64,000 bases of DNA from a virus (lineage: Duplodnaviria; Caudoviricetes): IMG/VR virus record IMGVR_UViG_3300047469_000103, positions 128,001 through 192,000 of that record; one strand, given 5' to 3'. The notes under the pieces were generated by a model. That model worked only from the letters and a program-made list of their open reading frames with translations. It was not told the DNA's origin and ran no database searches. This document shows, in pieces, positions 17,893 through 26,342 of the stretch; position 1 is the stretch's first letter, and the number at the start of each line of letters is the position of its first letter. Both the position numbers and the translations under genes were made by a program.

Positions 17893-18130
17893 CGAAAGTC
17901 CTTAGTTCATTTCCGTGGGTGTCCACGTGTGCTTCTTTACAGTAACGGTGAAAGCTGTCGCGGGCTTCTGCACTGCGTTTGTTTGCGTAGTCGGTGCCAA
18001 AGCGGGCAACCCAATCGTCGTAGATTTTCGTTCCGGGTTGACGGCGCAAATACGTGTCGCAATTATCGTGGAACTGCGCACGCAAGCGGCGGATTGCTTC
18101 AGCCTGTTTTTGTTTCTTGCTCTTCGCCAT
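17885..18130 (-). CDS. hypothetical protein
   Basis: Start reassigned to ATG 18130 (MAKSKKQ) behind GAGG. Confidence 0.7.
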   Translation of the reverse strand: MAKSKKQKQAEAIRRLRAQFHDNCDTYLRRQPGTKIYDDWVARFGTDYANKRSAEARDSFHRYCKEAHVDTHGNELRTFDE

Positions 18131-18440
18131 TGCCGTTCCCTCGGGTGAATTCAAATGTTGGTTCGATCAAACGCATCACCGCAACTTTCTGATTAAAACG
18201 TTCGGTGTAAACGTCCATGATTTCTTTGTGACGGATCGTGATTTTCTGAATCGCCCCGTTCACGTTTGCAGCGCTAGAGCCGCACTGTTCAAATGCGGCT
18301 TTCTGCGACATGCCGTCAACCATCACCAGATACGCGGCCCGTGTTGCTTTGTCTTCCATATTGCCGCGCATCTGTTTAACGATCAGTCGAAATTCTGCGT
18401 CCGACAAAGTGATGTGATCGTTACGGTTCCATCTAGCCAT
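18099..18440 (-). CDS. TrfB/KorA-like HTH DNA-binding protein
   Basis: LSDAEFRLIVKQMR...TRAAYLVMVDGMSQKAAFEQCGSSAANVNGAI matches the TrfB pattern (AA.LVLVDG.S...AA...G.S...V..A). Confidence 0.65.
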   Translation of the reverse strand: MARWNRNDHITLSDAEFRLIVKQMRGNMEDKATRAAYLVMVDGMSQKAAFEQCGSSAANVNGAIQKITIRHKEIMDVYTERFNQKVAVMRLIEPTFEFTRGNGNGEEQETKTG

Positions 18441-18876
18441 TCTTGAACTCCAACAAATTCATTAATTTCAAAAGCGTTTCGATATCTTTTATGCCCAGTT
18501 CCTGCACAGCTTTCATAGCGCGGTAATAGCGTTGCAGTTGCGCCGGGTCGAGCGATTCCAGAAAATCACGCACCTTCTTTTCTGACGTAACATTCTTTCG
18601 TAAAGTCTTTTCTTTCGGCGTCACCGGATCGAGCATGAAACAACATTCAGGCATCGTGATATGGTACGGGCGCTTTTCATTCCACGGCCTGTACTTATCG
18701 TTTTCGCCATCCAATTCATGCGCGGGACAAAGCACGTAACAACCGGCGTGATTCAACTCGGGTTCGACCACAAAAAGATGCTGGCCTGCATACTCGCTGA
18801 ATAAGTAGTGATCGCGCTTCATGCCCATTTGCATTGCGGATTTTATTAGAACGCGTGTTCCATGCTCAATGCTCAT
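18433..18876 (-). CDS. hypothetical protein
   Basis: ORF in gene chain. Confidence 0.8.
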   Translation of the reverse strand: MSIEHGTRVLIKSAMQMGMKRDHYLFSEYAGQHLFVVEPELNHAGCYVLCPAHELDGENDKYRPWNEKRPYHITMPECCFMLDPVTPKEKTLRKNVTSEKKVRDFLESLDPAQLQRYYRAMKAVQELGIKDIETLLKLMNLLEFKNG

Positions 18877-19169
18877 TTCTTTTTCCTCGGTTTCTTGTAA
18901 GGAACGTCAGCGGCACGACACAGAATTTTGTAGAGAGTGTCACCTTTTTTCAGAAGGCCCGCATCCAGAAGTAGTTGTGAATTTTCCACCAACTTCATTT
19001 CGAAAACGCCCACAGCCAAATCGCGACTGTGTTGGCGACGGCGTTTAATTCTTTCCAGTTCATTATCGGTTGAATCCAGAACCTTTTCCGCTGCTGTTTT
19101 TTCTCTGCGCCGTTCGCTGTACCCATAACTATTGGAACCGTTAAGAGCCATCGCGTGACGCATCATCAT
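18873..19169 (-). CDS. hypothetical protein
   Basis: Start reassigned to ATGA overlap at 19169. Confidence 0.7.
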   Translation of the reverse strand: MMMRHAMALNGSNSYGYSERRREKTAAEKVLDSTDNELERIKRRRQHSRDLAVGVFEMKLVENSQLLLDAGLLKKGDTLYKILCRAADVPYKKPRKKK

Positions 19170-19579
19170 ACCGCCGAAGGAACCACCCACCATGTCACCT
19201 CTTTACGCGGATCGTTAATAGGATAAACAGTGCGATGTTCGGCAACCTGAATTGTCGGTTTTTCTATAACGCCACGCGCACGGTTTTTACGAAACCACAT
19301 TGTCGCTGCGCTGGTCACACGCCCGATATCGAGGCCGACAAAAGCAAGGTGCAGGCAAGCTTCGTCATCACGCGAATACGCACGAAACACCCCGATGCAA
19401 GCGCGGCCTTCGTATTGGCAAATCTGCCAGCCGCCTTCTGGATCGACCGCAATCAAATCCGGGTAAAGTGCTTCGTAAGTTTTCAGAAATTCTCCGACTT
19501 GCAATCCGCCGAATTCTTTCTTGATTACTTCGATGTGAAAATGTTGATGCGCGGAAAAAGCTTCGTAACCGAAATCCAT
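19166..19579 (-). CDS. hypothetical protein
   Basis: ORF in gene chain. Confidence 0.8.
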   Translation of the reverse strand: MDFGYEAFSAHQHFHIEVIKKEFGGLQVGEFLKTYEALYPDLIAVDPEGGWQICQYEGRACIGVFRAYSRDDEACLHLAFVGLDIGRVTSAATMWFRKNRARGVIEKPTIQVAEHRTVYPINDPRKEVTWWVVPSAV

Positions 19580-20152
19580 TTAATTCTCCCCGTCAACGTG
19601 CGTCAGCACTGGCTTTGCAGAAACCCGGCGCTGCGTTTCGTAAATGTCTTCGAATTCCGACCAGTCGAGCGGATCGAGTTCTTGTTTCTCTTCGTTCCAT
19701 TTACCATCAAACGGACAATTAACAACCGTGGTCATCCACCAACCCACAGCAGGACTCGCTGACGGGTTTTTCATTTCTACATCTTTTGCTTTGTTTTCGA
19801 GGTGGCCCGCAATCATGAACCAGTGGAACGAGTGGCCGGGAATAGGCGGAAAATCAACGATGAATTTACGAATGTCTTGCGCAGCTTCCGCGTAGTCTTG
19901 TGCCATCAAAATAACTTTGTCGAACGTCATCATCAGCACGGCGCGATGGTGCTTTGCGATTGCGGGATTGTAGGCAAGCTTCCACAGGCGCGAAATGTCA
20001 GCGAGTTCCGAGTAACCGTATTCGCCAGCGCCCAAATAATGCTGCGCCATGCTGTTCCACACGGGGATCATTGCGCCGTAACTATTTTTCATTGCGATCA
20101 GAGTTTCGAAACGCTCACCGGGCCACACTTTCAACATTACACAATCAGTCAT
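19580..20152 (-). CDS. hypothetical protein
   Basis: 190-aa ORF in gene chain. Confidence 0.8.
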   Translation of the reverse strand: MTDCVMLKVWPGERFETLIAMKNSYGAMIPVWNSMAQHYLGAGEYGYSELADISRLWKLAYNPAIAKHHRAVLMMTFDKVILMAQDYAEAAQDIRKFIVDFPPIPGHSFHWFMIAGHLENKAKDVEMKNPSASPAVGWWMTTVVNCPFDGKWNEEKQELDPLDWSEFEDIYETQRRVSAKPVLTHVDGEN

Positions 20153-20153
20153 T

Positions 20154-20450
20154 TTATTTTCCGTCGTCGAAGGTTGTGGTCACGACCAGATAAGCGCCTT
20201 TCATTTCGGGAGATTTCGCTTTCGGTTTACCGTGAACGATTTCCCATTTGTGGTTTACTTCCGAAGCGGCGTCGGCTTCGAATTGCTTGGCGTATTTCTT
20301 TGCGTGGATTACATACAGCGCCTGCAATTGATCGTCGATGTTGAACTGCGTGTGGTACAGGGTTTCCGGTCGGCCTTCGTTGTCGAAGTTAACGCGGATT
20401 TCTGTGCTGGTGCGCATTTCGATAAAGCTTTGAACAGTTTGCATTGCCAT
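20154..20450 (-). CDS. hypothetical protein
   Basis: ORF with GGAG RBS. Confidence 0.8.
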   Translation of the reverse strand: MAMQTVQSFIEMRTSTEIRVNFDNEGRPETLYHTQFNIDDQLQALYVIHAKKYAKQFEADAASEVNHKWEIVHGKPKAKSPEMKGAYLVVTTTFDDGK

Positions 20451-20481
20451 GAGTTTTTCTCCGGTCTGATTTCACTCCAAA

Positions 20482-20501
20482 GCGCACTCGTGAGAATGCG
20501 C
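20482..20501 (-). terminator. family-1 hairpin GCGCATTC-TCAC-GAGTGCGC-TTT
   Basis: 8-bp stem; near-identical copies at 22748 and 24247. Confidence 0.55.
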
Positions 20502-20508
20502 AGGAAAG

Positions 20509-20619
20509 TTAATCGTCTTCGCCCGTGTCTGGAATGTCACCGCTTTCGTCTTGTTCGCAGTCTTCGCATTCAACTTCTTCGCGGTCTATTCCGTGTGGAC
20601 ACCAAATCGAATCTTCCAT
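20509..20619 (-). CDS. 36-aa acidic CxH-CxxC microprotein (not in ORF track)
   Basis: MEDSIWCPHGIDREEVECEDCEQDESGDIPDTGEDD; GAGGA RBS; same motif as the upstream gene. Confidence 0.7.
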   Translation of the reverse strand: MEDSIWCPHGIDREEVECEDCEQDESGDIPDTGEDD

Positions 20620-20629
20620 CTTTTATTCC

Positions 20630-20968
20630 TCAGTCGTGGAAGTGTCGCCATTCAGCCGCTTCAAGTCCGCGCTGATAGGATTCGTCCAGCGCCGCGCCGC
20701 ACTCCATACATTCGTCGGCGGGCATGTCGTGCATGCAGTAATCGCCGCTGTCGCATTCGGCTTCTAAACGCGCCTCGTGTTCGTCGTCGCACGCGTCACA
20801 TTCACCAACTACGTGATGCTTGCAGGCCCGTGCAATTTCAGGCGGCGTGCAAATTTCGCAGTGCAGGTAATGCACACCATGTCCGCAAATATCGTCGCCC
20901 GGTTCCATGTCGCAAATGTCGCAGTTACCGCACGGTTCTTCGTTGGTGCATTTAGCAAATTCCATCAA
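20630..20968 (-). CDS. acidic Cys/His-rich protein with three CxH-x(5-6)-CxxC repeats
   Basis: CGHGVHYLHCEIC, CKHHVVGECDAC, CMHDMPADECMEC. Confidence 0.8.
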   Translation of the reverse strand: MMEFAKCTNEEPCGNCDICDMEPGDDICGHGVHYLHCEICTPPEIARACKHHVVGECDACDDEHEARLEAECDSGDYCMHDMPADECMECGAALDESYQRGLEAAEWRHFHD

Positions 20969-21251
20969 CCTTTTCCTCGCTGCCTTTTCTCTTTTTCAAA
21001 ATGAAGTAATCGTGAAACATGATTGAGCTAATCATACCACCAGCAGCCGCGAAGCCCGAAACAAACGCGTACCAGTAATTGCCGTCGATGATGATTTTTG
21101 CGTAGCCACCAATCAACAGCAATTCCATGACGTTCATCACGTAAGACGTGCCCGCGATATGCCAGCGCAAATCATGATTCACATTCTTGTGCTGGAAACC
21201 TTTAACGAAAACCGAAATAAAGGTTCCAGCGAATGCGAGCGCGAAAATCAT
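20952..21251 (-). CDS. small multi-TM membrane protein
   Basis: Three hydrophobic segments. Confidence 0.75.
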   Translation of the reverse strand: MIFALAFAGTFISVFVKGFQHKNVNHDLRWHIAGTSYVMNVMELLLIGGYAKIIIDGNYWYAFVSGFAAAGGMISSIMFHDYFILKKRKGSEEKVDGIC

Positions 21252-21460
21252 TTACCGCGAAGCTCGTTATAAACTTTGACGTACTCGTGGTGCAGAAGCA
21301 CAAGCTGATTTTGCAGGTCGTGTTCTTCTTCCGTCAGTTTATATTCGACGGCGTAAAAAGCTTTGCGACGATCAGACGCCACCTTCAGCGCTTCGATCAT
21401 TTCGTAAGCGAACCTTACGTTGCCTTCGGCTTGGCGCAAGGCCAGTTCATGCGGAGACAT
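21248..21460 (-). CDS. hypothetical helical protein
   Basis: ORF in gene chain. Confidence 0.75.
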   Translation of the reverse strand: MSPHELALRQAEGNVRFAYEMIEALKVASDRRKAFYAVEYKLTEEEHDLQNQLVLLHHEYVKVYNELRGK

Positions 21461-21665
21461 TGCAACCTCTCAATTCCAGTTTGTTTGCGGCCTTCTTGAA
21501 CGACTTCACAGCGTTATTCAACGTGACGCGGTGCAAGTGTTGCGGTTCGACAAGTTCGTGACCTTTAGCGGCCTTGTAGGCGTGCTGGTACGACTCTTTT
21601 ACAGTATCGCGCACAGATTGCAGGGCGAAACCGTTGAAGCTCGAAACGTCGTTGGCAATGTTCAT
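21447..21665 (-). CDS. hypothetical protein
   Basis: Start reassigned to ATGA overlap at 21665 (MNIAND). Confidence 0.7.
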   Translation of the reverse strand: MNIANDVSSFNGFALQSVRDTVKESYQHAYKAAKGHELVEPQHLHRVTLNNAVKSFKKAANKLELRGCNVSA

Positions 21666-22408
21666 ACGGTGACTTCCTGAGTAGGTGCGGCGTGGACAAG
21701 GGAAACGGATTTGGTAGCGGTGATTTTGTAATCGTACCAACCGGGCAAATGTTTCATCACGCCCGGTTCTTTGTGACTGTCGAACATATGCGGCGTGCTG
21801 CTGATAAACAAACCAGAAGCTTTTTCGAATTCCGCGATAATGTGATCGTGCCAACGCTCAAGCATGCGCGCTTCTTTTTCGTTGGTTTCAACTTTGTCGC
21901 TGAAAACCGGCGATGCGTTGCCTTTGAATTCTTCAATCGACCGGCGCATGTGTTTCAGTTCGCGGATCAAATCGTAGGTTTCGTAAAGCTCAGTGAAATC
22001 CGGCGTGTCGAAGTGCCGTTTGATTTTGCTGTACGCCAGAAGGTTTTCACCGATGTTGCGATGCGTGACATTTACGTCGAGACGAAATAGGCCGTCGCCA
22101 TTGTCATTCATCTGGCCGTAATGTGCGATTGGATATTGGTTGTGCCACACGTGACCATTTTCAGCAGTCAGAACAAAACCGTCGTTTTTCTTTTCGTCGC
22201 TGGCGTTGTCCCACTCACCCGGAACTTTGTGATGCTCTTTCACGACCAGCTTTTGGAATTCCAGACGCGGGTAAATTTCTGCGCCTTCGTCGATTTGCTG
22301 GTGGCATTCGTCACGCCACGGAACAAAGCGCGAGAACGCCGGGTAAAACATATTCTTGCGAATGTGTGCGAACAGAGTCCAGATTTCTTCCCCGATTTCG
22401 TAGCGCAT
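21662..22408 (-). CDS. hypothetical protein
   Basis: 248-aa ORF in gene chain. Confidence 0.8.
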   Translation of the reverse strand: MRYEIGEEIWTLFAHIRKNMFYPAFSRFVPWRDECHQQIDEGAEIYPRLEFQKLVVKEHHKVPGEWDNASDEKKNDGFVLTAENGHVWHNQYPIAHYGQMNDNGDGLFRLDVNVTHRNIGENLLAYSKIKRHFDTPDFTELYETYDLIRELKHMRRSIEEFKGNASPVFSDKVETNEKEARMLERWHDHIIAEFEKASGLFISSTPHMFDSHKEPGVMKHLPGWYDYKITATKSVSLVHAAPTQEVTV

Positions 22409-22710
22409 TATTTATTCCCTTTTTGAGTAGGTTGGTCTAGGCGTTCAACCGCAATTCGCATTGCGATGTTTTTCAATCGTTCTTGCATGAGTTCAACAAA
22501 CCGCATGTTGCCGTATGACGCTAAAACAATTCGGTTTACATCAGCGCCGGGAAATTCAGTAGCGGCGAGAAATCCGTACTGGTAATACACAATGGAGCCA
22601 TCGTTCTGTTCTTGGGAAACGCACGGAGCGAGAATGGCGTTTACCAAATCATTTGTCATCGAATCCAAATCAACGCCTAGTGCGTTTTCCAGCAGAGTGA
22701 GTGTCAGCAT
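22408..22710 (-). CDS. hypothetical protein
   Basis: Start reassigned to ATG 22710 behind GAGG. Confidence 0.7.
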   Translation of the reverse strand: MLTLTLLENALGVDLDSMTNDLVNAILAPCVSQEQNDGSIVYYQYGFLAATEFPGADVNRIVLASYGNMRFVELMQERLKNIAMRIAVERLDQPTQKGNK

Positions 22711-22747
22711 TGCGTAAACCTCGTAGGGACGTTTCAGTAATTCCAAA

Positions 22748-22767
22748 GCGCACTCTTTCGAATGCGC
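22748..22767 (-). terminator. family-1 hairpin GCGCATTC-GAAA-GAGTGCGC-TTT
   Basis: GNRA loop, 8-bp stem, intergenic. Confidence 0.6.
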
Positions 22768-22782
22768 AGAAGAATTAAAGAA

Positions 22783-23238
22783 TCACACGCGTTTGCCGTT
22801 TTTGTCGAGGCGATAAATGCGCGTGGTTTGCAGCGGCGGTATGCCTTGCGTTTCGTTGAAGTGAAGTTCTGCGCAGGCCATTACAGCGAAAGCGTAGCAA
22901 CGCGGATACTGCCCAGCGCCACTGTGAGGCCCGTAGAGCGACGTAAAGCCAATCCCGTCGCCCATCGTAACCGTTACGCCTCTTTCGTGCCCTACGGCGC
23001 TCATGCGAAGTTTCAGCGCAAGCATAACCGTATGCGATTGGTCTTTGTACGGGTTGAACTCCATCGGACAACCGCCTGCCAGTTCAAAACCGGGCGGCGT
23101 GTAGAATGCCCGAATCGAATGATCGCTCATTCTTGAAAACGGGCCTTCCAGTTCGCACAGTTCCGCACACGCAATCAACAACGCCGAGGCGCCGGGTTCT
23201 TCTTTGATTACGATGTTGCACCAAACCTGCTTTTTCAT
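22783..23238 (-). CDS. hypothetical protein, weakly NinX/DUF2591-like
   Basis: FNPYKDQSHTVMLALKL and PRCYAFAVMACA segments. Confidence 0.7.
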   Translation of the reverse strand: MKKQVWCNIVIKEEPGASALLIACAELCELEGPFSRMSDHSIRAFYTPPGFELAGGCPMEFNPYKDQSHTVMLALKLRMSAVGHERGVTVTMGDGIGFTSLYGPHSGAGQYPRCYAFAVMACAELHFNETQGIPPLQTTRIYRLDKNGKRV

Positions 23239-24206
23239 TTCTTCGCCTTTTGCAATTTGTCGTAGGCTGAAATCGACAGACCGGCGCGACGTGCTTCGTT
23301 CAATTGCGCGATACGCAATGTCAGGTGTTGCAAATCCTGCATTACGCCTTCGTGAATCTTTTCGTCAGCGACCGACCATTTCTTCGGATCAATTTTACCG
23401 ACCGGCTTTTTATTCGCGTCGGTGAAATCTTTCAGCGTCTGCACATGCTCAGGCAGTTTCGGTCTGCGGCCAGTCCGTGCGGCTTTTACTTTGCCGTCGT
23501 TAATGGTTTTCGCAACCTGTGCAACGATTGGCCCTTTCGGATTAATCGCTTCCGAAATCAGCGCCAAATCGTTCTGGCCTTTTACGCGTGGCGGGCGTTT
23601 CGGAATTGGCTTCGCGGCCAGTTGCGCTTTAGTCGGCTTGCCGGTTTTGATTTCCGGCGATTCCGCTGCAATTTGCGCGATGGTTTTACCGACCGTCTTT
23701 TCTTCGCGACCGTGCATTTGTTGAATGGCGCGATTCCAGCCGAAACCGTCAGCAGCTTTTTTGCCCAGCTTCGTCAGCGCGTAGCCAAACGATTTCTTCG
23801 CTTGTACGGTTACGTGTTGCATCAACAGCGCGTCGATAGAACCGTGGAAATGCTGCGAAACGATTTTTAGGCAAGTATCGAAATCGTCGCCGTTTACCTT
23901 CGCGGTAATTGCTTCGCGATCTTTCAGGCTTACACGGGAAGCTTTACCGGCCTGTACGTTTTCGGTTTCGATAGCCTTGAGCAATTTCGCTGCGGACGCG
24001 TAGCTTTTCACTACAGCGAAACGAGCAGGCGCTTTGCCCGGTGCCATCGACACAAACGCATGCGCGCCCGGTGCCATTGCCAGAAGCGAAATCGAAGCGA
24101 CTGGATTTTCTTTTTTGGTGTCGAGCAGGTTATAGATGGTCACAGCACCTTTTGCGAAAACGAGTTTGTGCTGGGGGAACATTACACGAGCGTCGGACTG
24201 TTTCAT
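23235..24206 (-). CDS. Lys/Ala-rich basic protein, putative nucleic-acid binding
   Basis: 323 aa, strongly basic; AAGGAAGT RBS after an intergenic hairpin. Confidence 0.8.
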   Translation of the reverse strand: MKQSDARVMFPQHKLVFAKGAVTIYNLLDTKKENPVASISLLAMAPGAHAFVSMAPGKAPARFAVVKSYASAAKLLKAIETENVQAGKASRVSLKDREAITAKVNGDDFDTCLKIVSQHFHGSIDALLMQHVTVQAKKSFGYALTKLGKKAADGFGWNRAIQQMHGREEKTVGKTIAQIAAESPEIKTGKPTKAQLAAKPIPKRPPRVKGQNDLALISEAINPKGPIVAQVAKTINDGKVKAARTGRRPKLPEHVQTLKDFTDANKKPVGKIDPKKWSVADEKIHEGVMQDLQHLTLRIAQLNEARRAGLSISAYDKLQKAKK

Positions 24207-24246
24207 TTTGTACTTCCTTTTTGATGAATTCGGATTTTACTCGGCT

Positions 24247-24266
24247 ACGCACTCGTTAGAATGCGC
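24247..24266 (-). terminator. family-1 hairpin GCGCATTC-TAAC-GAGTGCGT
   Basis: Third copy; lacks a U-tract. Confidence 0.45.
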
Positions 24267-24278
24267 AGCGATAGTGGG

Positions 24279-24641
24279 TCAGAATTCTTGCAGTGTTGCA
24301 GCGATATCATGCGGGATCAAATACATTTCGCATTCGTCCGACATGGTAGTCAGGCTAACCAACGTGCCGTGCAATTCGCGCAATTCACGCGTGGCGGTCA
24401 TGTAGCGGCTGTACGATTCGTTCGTCAGGCCACCGGCCAAATCAGTGACCAGCAATGCGGTTTGTGCGAACGCATTTTTCAGCGCCAGCATTACGTCGCA
24501 TTTCTTAACGTCGTTGATTTCGTCGTATTCGATTTTCCAGAAAGCATCTGGCACGTTGTCCAGCGAACGCACGGTATCGAACAAATCATATTGCATGGTG
24601 GTAATGCGACGGCCCGGTGCGCAGATATATAACCAACTCAT
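24279..24641 (-). CDS. hypothetical protein
   Basis: Start reassigned to ATGA overlap at 24641 (MSWLYIC). Confidence 0.7.
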   Translation of the reverse strand: MSWLYICAPGRRITTMQYDLFDTVRSLDNVPDAFWKIEYDEINDVKKCDVMLALKNAFAQTALLVTDLAGGLTNESYSRYMTATRELRELHGTLVSLTTMSDECEMYLIPHDIAATLQEF

Positions 24642-24805
24642 TTGTCTTGTTTCCTTTTCTCTTCGGCAATCATTGCCTTTGTTTGAAATGCGTCCCACTC
24701 TTCGGCGGTTACTTCCCGGCCACCGGCTGCGAGTTCTTCACGCAAACCGGATTCAGTAGTGGTGACGGCTTTTGACTGGTAACGGTCGTTTACGATCCAG
24801 TGCAT
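24638..24805 (-). CDS. 55-aa hypothetical protein (not in ORF track)
   Basis: MHWIVNDRYQSKAVTTTESGLREELAAGGREVTAEEWDAFQTKAMIAEEKRKQDK; abuts both neighbours. Confidence 0.7.
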   Translation of the reverse strand: MHWIVNDRYQSKAVTTTESGLREELAAGGREVTAEEWDAFQTKAMIAEEKRKQDK

Positions 24806-24807
24806 TT

Positions 24808-25503
24808 TCATTCAGACGGTTCCTGCGATTCGACGAATTCGTAAGTTTCGACATTCCGTTCGATGGTGAAATCTGCACCGAATTGATCGTCGAATACTTG
24901 ACCGATTTTAAACGCAGCGGCCAACTCACTATCGGCGTGAATTTGATGCGTTACACACACCAGCTTTTCGCCTTCAGGTTTAAACGTCAGGTCGAAAGCG
25001 TAATTCATGCCTTCGGTTTGTGCGACTTGAGCATTCGCCCAATCGAGCGCGTCATTCCACGACGTTTGCAGCAGCAGATAAACCGGCATCTGATAATCAA
25101 CCGGAACCACTGTGCAAGTTGCTTGAAAGATATTCAGCTTTTGGAATTTGCTGAAATCAATGTGCGTGGAAATATTCAGCGGCTGTTCGGCGGCAATTTC
25201 CGCATCGCTGTAATATACGAAACCACGACCACGACGGCGCACGTTTTTCAGTACGCCTTCAAATTCACCGAAGGTACGGAACCGGCCATCTTTGTAGCAC
25301 TTGATAACCTGCTGTTGCTTTCCGTCAATGGTGATATTGCGGCCCATCACTTCCGAAGCCATAACCATCGGGCGATTGATTTGTTGCGGTGCAACTTCTT
25401 CAGCGGCTTTTACAGCGGCATCGCTGGCTTCTTTGTCGTAGCTTGCTTCGTGCGCTTTCGCAGCGGCCAGAACGAACACAGCCAGTTGGTTTTGCGATTT
25501 CAT
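24808..25503 (-). CDS. hypothetical protein
   Basis: 231-aa ORF with GAGG RBS. Confidence 0.8.
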   Translation of the reverse strand: MKSQNQLAVFVLAAAKAHEASYDKEASDAAVKAAEEVAPQQINRPMVMASEVMGRNITIDGKQQQVIKCYKDGRFRTFGEFEGVLKNVRRRGRGFVYYSDAEIAAEQPLNISTHIDFSKFQKLNIFQATCTVVPVDYQMPVYLLLQTSWNDALDWANAQVAQTEGMNYAFDLTFKPEGEKLVCVTHQIHADSELAAAFKIGQVFDDQFGADFTIERNVETYEFVESQEPSE

Positions 25504-25525
25504 GATGTAGCCTCTTTCGGTCGAT

Positions 25526-25561
25526 TTGGTTTACTACTGACAAAACCCGCACGAGGCGGGT
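25526..25561 (-). repeat. family-2 hairpin/terminator plus TTTGTCAGTAGTAAACCAA cassette
   Basis: 34/35 identical to 38932..38966, with a compensatory A-T to G-C stem change. Confidence 0.8.
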
Positions 25562-25574
25562 TTGTTTTCAGCGG

Positions 25575-25727
25575 TTACGTCGAGAGCGAGTCGATTAGTT
25601 CGTCCTCTTCCTCCCAACAGGAAATGTGAAGGGCTTCACCAAACGGGCCACGCTCGTTAGTGATTCCGCCACAATTACGGCAGCGGGATTCCCCATCATC
25701 AGGAATTTCTACGCGTTCGCTATCCAT
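25575..25727 (-). CDS. 50-aa acidic CxxC/HxxC microprotein (not in ORF track)
   Basis: MDSERVEIPDDGESRCRNCGGITNERGPFGEALHISCWEEEDELIDSLST; GGAGG RBS; TAAATG junction. Confidence 0.7.
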   Translation of the reverse strand: MDSERVEIPDDGESRCRNCGGITNERGPFGEALHISCWEEEDELIDSLST

Positions 25728-26012
25728 TTAAATTTCCTCCGAGCGGTCTTCGATGAATTGTTGGCCGTCAAAATCGCACGGCATGAAACGATCAGTGCCG
25801 GGAACGCGTTTCTGAATCCGCGTAGGTTCGATTTCGTAAATGAAATCACCATCGCGCAATTCGATGCGGCACCACGGGTACGACTTGTGTTCGTCGAAAG
25901 AAGCCATCGCCTCTTCCAGCGTTTCGAACGAATCGCAGAACTTGCAATTCTCTTCGGTCATGCCGTCAGTGGTTTCGTACTTACCGGCTGCAACGCTGAA
26001 TTTCATGCTCAT
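25728..26012 (-). CDS. hypothetical protein
   Basis: Start reassigned to ATG 26012 behind GAGGA. Confidence 0.75.
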   Translation of the reverse strand: MSMKFSVAAGKYETTDGMTEENCKFCDSFETLEEAMASFDEHKSYPWCRIELRDGDFIYEIEPTRIQKRVPGTDRFMPCDFDGQQFIEDRSEEI

Positions 26013-26040
26013 GTTTATTTCCTCGTGGGGGCTTATTTCA

Positions 26041-26063
26041 AAAACCCGCAAGGGCGCGGGTTT
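26041..26063 (-). terminator. intrinsic terminator
   Basis: AAACCCGC-GCCCTT-GCGGGTTT-T. Confidence 0.65.
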
Positions 26064-26078
26064 ATTCGAAAGGGGATT

Positions 26079-26252
26079 TTATTTGCGTGGCGTAGTCACA
26101 AACGACTGCGCGATTTCTTCCAGTTGCTCAGCGCTAAGTTTCGGCGCGTCCGGGTAATACGTGTTCATTGCTGTTTCGTATTCCTCGCGGGTTATTAATC
26201 CGCTTGCTGCCAGTTCGTTGTATTCGTTTACCGGTAGCTCTTTAACGATCAT
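26079..26252 (-). CDS. 57-aa hypothetical early protein (not in ORF track)
   Basis: MIVKELPVNEYNELAASGLITREEYETAMNTYYPDAPKLSAEQLEEIAQSFVTTPRK; TAAAGGAAGTTT RBS; bracketed by its own promoter and terminator. Confidence 0.75.
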   Translation of the reverse strand: MIVKELPVNEYNELAASGLITREEYETAMNTYYPDAPKLSAEQLEEIAQSFVTTPRK

Positions 26253-26314
26253 CGCAAACTTCCTTTAATCCGTTAGGGTCGGAATCTCGGGCACGGCTTG
26301 CCCGTGTGACTTTC

Positions 26315-26342
26315 ATTGTACCTAAACGGCAAAAGGAATCAA
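26315..26342 (-). promoter_or_regulatory. sigma70-type promoter TTGATT-N16-TACAAT
   Basis: Direct match; followed by CGGGCA-N5-TGCCCG hairpin at 26288..26304. Confidence 0.7.

Noticed and set aside
24665-24677. GGCAA-TCA-TTGCC palindrome similar to the leader motif
   Set aside because: Inside a coding sequence, with no promoter or ACTCAC nearby; plausible by chance
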